Positions 63,295 through 64,000 of a stretch of DNA of 64,000 bases are shown here, piece by piece. A program made the translations under genes and the position numbers. Each line of letters begins with the position of its first letter. Positions within the stretch are counted from its first letter, which is position 1. Source of the DNA: Octopus sinensis. Lineage: Eukaryota. Under the pieces are notes generated by a model. That model had not been told where the DNA came from, did not search any database, and saw only the letters and a program-made list of their open reading frames with translations. Where the stretch lies: the NCBI RefSeq assembly GCF_006345805.1, contig NC_043000.1:24366001-24430000 (forward strand). Direction: 5' to 3'.

Positions 63295-63880
63295 TATCAT
63301 CATCATCATCATCATCGTTTAGCGTCCGTTTTCCATGCTAGCATGGGTTGGACGGGTCAACTGGGGTCTGTGAAGCTGGAAGGCTTCGTCAGGCCCAGTC
63401 AGATCTGGCAGTGTTTCTATGGCTGGATGCCCTTCCTAACGCCAACCACTCCGCGAGTGTAGTGGGTGTTTTTTACATGCCACCTGCACAGGTGCCAGAC
63501 AGAGCTGGCAAACGGCCACGAACGGATGGTGCTTTTACGTGTCACCGGCACGGGGCCAGGCGATGCTGGCAACGGACATGAACGGATGGTGCTTTTACGT
63601 GCCACCGACACGGTTGCCAGACAGAGCTGGCAAACGGCCACGAGCGGACGGTGCTTTTACGTGTCACCGGCACGGGGGCCAGCCGAGGCTGGCAACGGAC
63701 ACGGACGGATGGTGCTTTTACGTGCCACCGACACGGGGCCAGACAGAGCTGGCAAACGGCCACGAACGGATGGTGCTTTTACGTGTCACCGGCACGGGGG
63801 CCAGCCGAGGCTGGCAACGGACGCGAACAGATGGTGCTTTTACGTGCCACCGACACGGTTGCCAGACAGAGCTGGCAAAC
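63295..63880 (-). mobile_element. Young family C element with a seven-unit ABABABA tandem array
   Basis: (CAT)n tail; gatgcccttcctaacgccaacc; units start at 63465, 63528, 63588, 63650, 63711, 63772 and 63833; CpGs intact. Confidence 0.9.
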
Positions 63881-63901
63881 GATATATATATATATATATA
63901 T

Positions 63902-64000
63902 ATTCTTTTATTTGTTTCAGACATTTCACTGTGGCCATGCTGGAGCACCGCCTTTAGTCGGGTAAATCGACCCCAGGACTTATTCTTTGTAAGCTTAGTA
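63902..64000 (-). mobile_element. SINE family A 3' domain cut by the window edge
   Basis: ttcactgtggccatgctggagcaccgcctttagtcgggtaaatcgaccccaggacttattctttgtaagc. Confidence 0.88.

Noticed and set aside
63465-63880. CRISPR-like repeat/spacer appearance
   Set aside because: Variable parts are only two alternating related sequences, no cas genes are present, and the array lies inside a eukaryotic retroelement tail.

Overview
AT-rich, microsatellite-dense eukaryotic genomic DNA. The repeat families point to a coleoid cephalopod, most likely Octopus (inference from recalled repeat sequences, not a search). I recognise no host protein-coding gene and no rRNA, bona fide tRNA or CRISPR array; nearly all ORF-track entries are translations of microsatellites or SINEs. 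The window is intronic/intergenic and tiled by tRNA-derived SINEs (working labels A, B, D), RTE-type LINE 3' ends (C), RTE and CR1/L2-group LINE fragments, TTAA-flanked piggyBac-type MITEs, an internally deleted Tc1/mariner element carrying a nested 287-bp foldback, a 614-bp long-TIR element and two Helentron-type (HINE-like) elements. The most interesting signals are (i) degenerate minimal hammerhead-ribozyme motifs at three loci, one ~115 nt downstream of a tRNA-like Pol III head (52.0-52.3 kb); (ii) an ABABABA array of ~61-bp units with a conserved hairpin stem and variable loop in an RTE-type 3' region (63.5-63.9 kb, relatives at 36.2 and 50.5 kb); (iii) long or perfect palindromes, two of them tied to (TA)n; and (iv) weak minus-strand candidate exons of unknown product. 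Boundaries of old repeats are approximate.
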